The translations under genes and the position numbers were made by a program. Below, in pieces: positions 60,624 through 64,000 of a stretch of DNA of 64,000 nucleotides. Source of the stretch: Rhizophagus irregularis (lineage: Eukaryota); assembly GCF_026210795.1 (NCBI RefSeq), contig NC_089429.1, positions 1,302,001-1,366,000 of the forward strand. The letters run 5' to 3'. The notes under the pieces are model-generated. The model saw nothing but the letters and a program-made list of their open reading frames with translations, was not told the origin of the DNA and made no database searches. Every line of letters starts with the position of its first letter. Positions within the stretch are counted from its first letter, which is position 1.

Positions 60624-62261
60624 TTAATTTCTTCCATCTGTAATAAAAAAAAATAGTTTAATTAAAATTAATAGATCAAATCATCAAAAAAAAACCACAT
60701 GCAAAAGTAATTACCTTTATAATTAATATCAAGTTTAGTAAAATCCATTCTTAAGGAATCTGTAAAATAAAAGAATAATTATTATTTTAAATAGATTTAA
60801 ATGATTATTTTGAATTAAAATTACCTGAATATTCTAAATCATCATTGTCCGCATTTTTGGGTTCTGGAAGATTTTTAAAATCTAAAAGTTTGCTTGTATA
60901 AACTGCTTGAGGATGTGTCATATATGAGAGAATACTAGTAGACGATGATGATGATTGGACTGTTGAAAACGATGATTTATTATTAATTTCATCTGCTTCT
61001 TTGATTTGCTTATAGATCACAGAATCTTTATCAACAGCATGATAGGATAATTTCGATATTAGCCTAAATAATTCATCTGCATCAGGTCGTTTTAAAGGAT
61101 CTGCATCCCAACATTGATTAATAACATCAAAAATTAATTGAGGTATTTTATAATTAGACTTTGGCCTCAATCCCTTACAAATTTTTATTGCTAAGAATTC
61201 ATCATGAGCTATATCATGATAAGGAGGGAAACCTATACAAATTTCATGTGCAATAATTCCAAAACCATAAATATCACTTGCTTGAGTATATTCTTTTCCC
61301 CTTAAAACTTCAGGAGCTACATAAGGTAATACTCCATATATTTTTTTATCACTATTTTGAGAGGATTTGACATTTGCCTGTTGACATAATCCAAAACCAG
61401 TAATAAAGGTTAAATCATTAAAATCGCTTAATATATTCCTACAATCAAAATCATGATGAATTAATCCTTCATTATGAATATCTTTAAGACCAGATATAGT
61501 ACCCAATAAATTTTGCAACTTTCGATCCCAACTCAGTGAAATGAAATTGTTATTTAAGTGTTGTCTTAAATTACCATTTTTTAATTCCATCACCATTATA
61601 AAATTATTTGTTTTTGGATCTTTGGTAATACCAAAACAACGAACTACAAAACCATTTGAAATTTCACATGCTAAAATATTTGATTTAACCTTAAAACAAA
61701 ATTATAATTAGTTTAATATTTACAAATGTTTAAATAAAGATTTAAAAGAAAATATCTTACCTCTTTTAAAAAATCTGTTGTAATGTCTTGTGAGTTATGC
61801 AAAAATTTTAAAGCAACTTTTGTTTCGCCTTCTCTTACCAATTGATTATTGTCATTATCCCAATATAATATAAAACCATCTTTCCAAACTGCTTTAAAAG
61901 TAGTACCAAATCTTCCTTTTGCTAAATATTCAACATCTTTAAAATTATCATATTCAATCCACTCTATAACTTGATGATTATTTTTAGCATTTAATTGTGC
62001 TTTTCGAATAAATTCATCAACATCATGATTTCCACTTGTCCAATTTTTGAAATTTGGTTTAAAACTACAATAATTGCAAAGTTCAAAATTTATATTAAGA
62101 TGGTCACAATTTTTACATAAACCATGTTTTTTATAATGTTCTTTTAATTCTTCGTCTTTTATTAGTTTATCAATTAACGATTCCTGTTCTTCAGTCAATC
62201 TCCAATATTTGAAGTCTTTTATTTGTTCTAATACATCATCGCTTAATTTAATTTCATCCAT
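60624..62261 (-). CDS. TKL-like protein kinase with degenerate catalytic motifs (probable pseudokinase); exons ~62261-61761, 61689-60825, 60760-60715, 60637-60624
   Basis: In-frame GT-AG splicing; WTSGNHDVDEFI, EWIEY, VALK, PYVAPE and SDIYGFG are present. The catalytic loop reads HHDFDCRN and DFG reads GFG. The two small 3' exons are less certain. Confidence 0.8.
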
Positions 62262-63099
62262 TTTAATAAATAATTTAGTAAACAAAAAAATATGTTATTA
62301 ATTCGTATGTAAAAAAGTTACTAGTAAAATAATAAAAGAAAAAAAGAATGAAAAAATAGTGGTGAAACGGACTGAAACGTGTGAAACGATTGAAATGAAT
62401 GAAACGTGCAATTATTTTAAGATCAGCAACAAAATTATCAAAAAAGACTAGTTAAAATACACCGATCGACAATTAAATTTATTCAATTTTGGGGTTTTTA
62501 TTTAAATTCTCCATAATAGGTAAGTTAAAACTAGGCTAAACTTTTACGCGATATAATATATGAGAAATGGTTCGACTGGTTCGTGAGTCGTGACCAGTCA
62601 TATAATTTATTGATGTAATTAAAAGCCAATCCATTCTAGAATATTTAGCCAAAGAGAGAATTTGGGAATCTGGAATTGTTTTAAAGTGTTTTGAAATACA
62701 AACCTTTTCACAACATTTATTAAATTTCAAGTTGCTTTATAGTTTGATATCGTATCAATCGTATCATTAACAATACGTCGTCATATATATTAATTTGGCT
62801 TATTTGTTTATGATTTTTATTTAAAATATACTGTATATAACAAAGTAATTTCGCAAAAAATAATTTTATATTTAAATAAAATTAATCAATTTATTTACCT
62901 GGAAATAATTTAAGAGAGTATTAAAAATACAAGAAGTATGAGAAGAAACGTTAATAAATATTATTATTTTAATATTCTAAATTTAGTTAGTTAAAAGTAT
63001 TAAATAAAGATAATTTTATTGGTTACTAAAATATACATTTGATTATTCTACATCAATCTTTATATAAAATCGGGGCAACAAGTTAATAAACTATTAACT

Positions 63100-63960
63100 A
63101 AATGGGACTATGCGAATGGTGGAAATTTACATAATTATTTACAAAGGAATTTTAAAATATTACGTTACGAAGAATTTCATTCGGGTATTTGTGTTTTTAA
63201 CGTATTTATCAATTCTCTATGTAATAGTTATTGTGGATATCAATGATTTTCACGGCGCAAACTGATTTATCTCACGGTATCCGTACCATAAAGCCCTTTA
63301 ATATGCTTGTTTTGGCTAATAATGATAGACTTTTCATTCTAATATTGATAGACTTTTATACCCCATCTTTTTAAATAAACACCACCCGTGAGAATACCAA
63401 GAAAAAAAACACAAATTTTAACTAGGAACAGTGGGATAAATTTAAATTTATTAACCATTTAAATTTTTTTCATTTTAGACTTAAAAATATTTACAATAAT
63501 GGTGGAAATATGTTATTGTCAAATGCGATTTGGAAAGAGACCCGCAAATAGTACTTCATTAAATAATGAAATATATATGGAGTAATACCTTATATCGTAC
63601 ATTTTCAAAAGAATCCGATATATATAGTTTGGGTATGATTATAGAATTTGTAACGAGATGTAAACCTTTTTCTAACGTTGAACATGATGTTAATCTCATT
63701 TATGAAATTATTGATGGAAAACGATCTGAAATTACAAATGATACACCTGAATGTTACGTTAGGATTCTAATCCTTTAAATAGACCAACTATTAATGATCT
63801 TTATAATACTATTAATATATGGAATAATGAACTGAATTTTAGAACTGAAAAAAATATCATTATGAAGGCGTTTAACTGCAAATTTTTCGAGAAAGCGAAA
63901 TAATGATGAATTAAAGATTGAAACTCAAAAAAAGTAAAAAAAAAAATAGTAAATAAATTT
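63100..63960 (+). pseudogene. Heavily deleted kinase pseudogene
   Basis: Fragments YANGGNLHNYLQRNF, NEIYGVIPYI and FSKESDIYSLGMIIEFVTRCKPFSNVEHDVNLIYEIIDGKR resemble the 40568-42895 locus; frameshifts, and unrelated sequence at ~63165-63450. Confidence 0.8.
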
Positions 63961-64000
63961 GAATAAATTCATTTTAATTAAGATCCCATATAAAAAAATT

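Noticed and set aside
1..64000. tRNA or rRNA genes; remaining short ORF-track entries
   Set aside because: No cloverleaf or rRNA-like segment was recognised by eye. The other 60-95-aa ORFs are non-ATG, low-complexity or antisense to real genes.

Overview
Very AT-rich eukaryotic DNA with short GT-AG introns. The gene families present (tyrosine-kinase-like kinases with HRDFHSGN-type loops, a kinase-Sel1 fusion, an intronless 'MACSKIFSGDLPEL' F-box family, Kelch-TM, TPR-SET) point to an arbuscular mycorrhizal fungus (Glomeromycotina, Rhizophagus-like). That assignment is inferred from family recognition, not from a search. The window is a birth-and-death region: five kinase loci and five F-box-family loci range from intact to heavily decayed. 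Two small spliced, secreted or surface repeat proteins are missed or only partly seen by the ORF track. Mobile DNA is abundant: a hAT MITE with an 8-bp TSD, a PIF/Harbinger MITE with a TAA TSD, and three copies of a ~110-bp CCCTATA MITE, one inserted in frame inside an F-box CDS. There are also LINE ORF2 remnants and a poly(A) retro-insert with an 18-bp TSD. A ~60-bp hairpin tandem array abuts a 2.2-kb foldback element, and a separate G-rich 19-bp array lies at 38-39 kb. An intact intronless DUF3990-like (ADP-ribosyltransferase-fold) ORF sits among decayed ORFs at 52-57 kb. Exon boundaries and copy numbers were read by eye.
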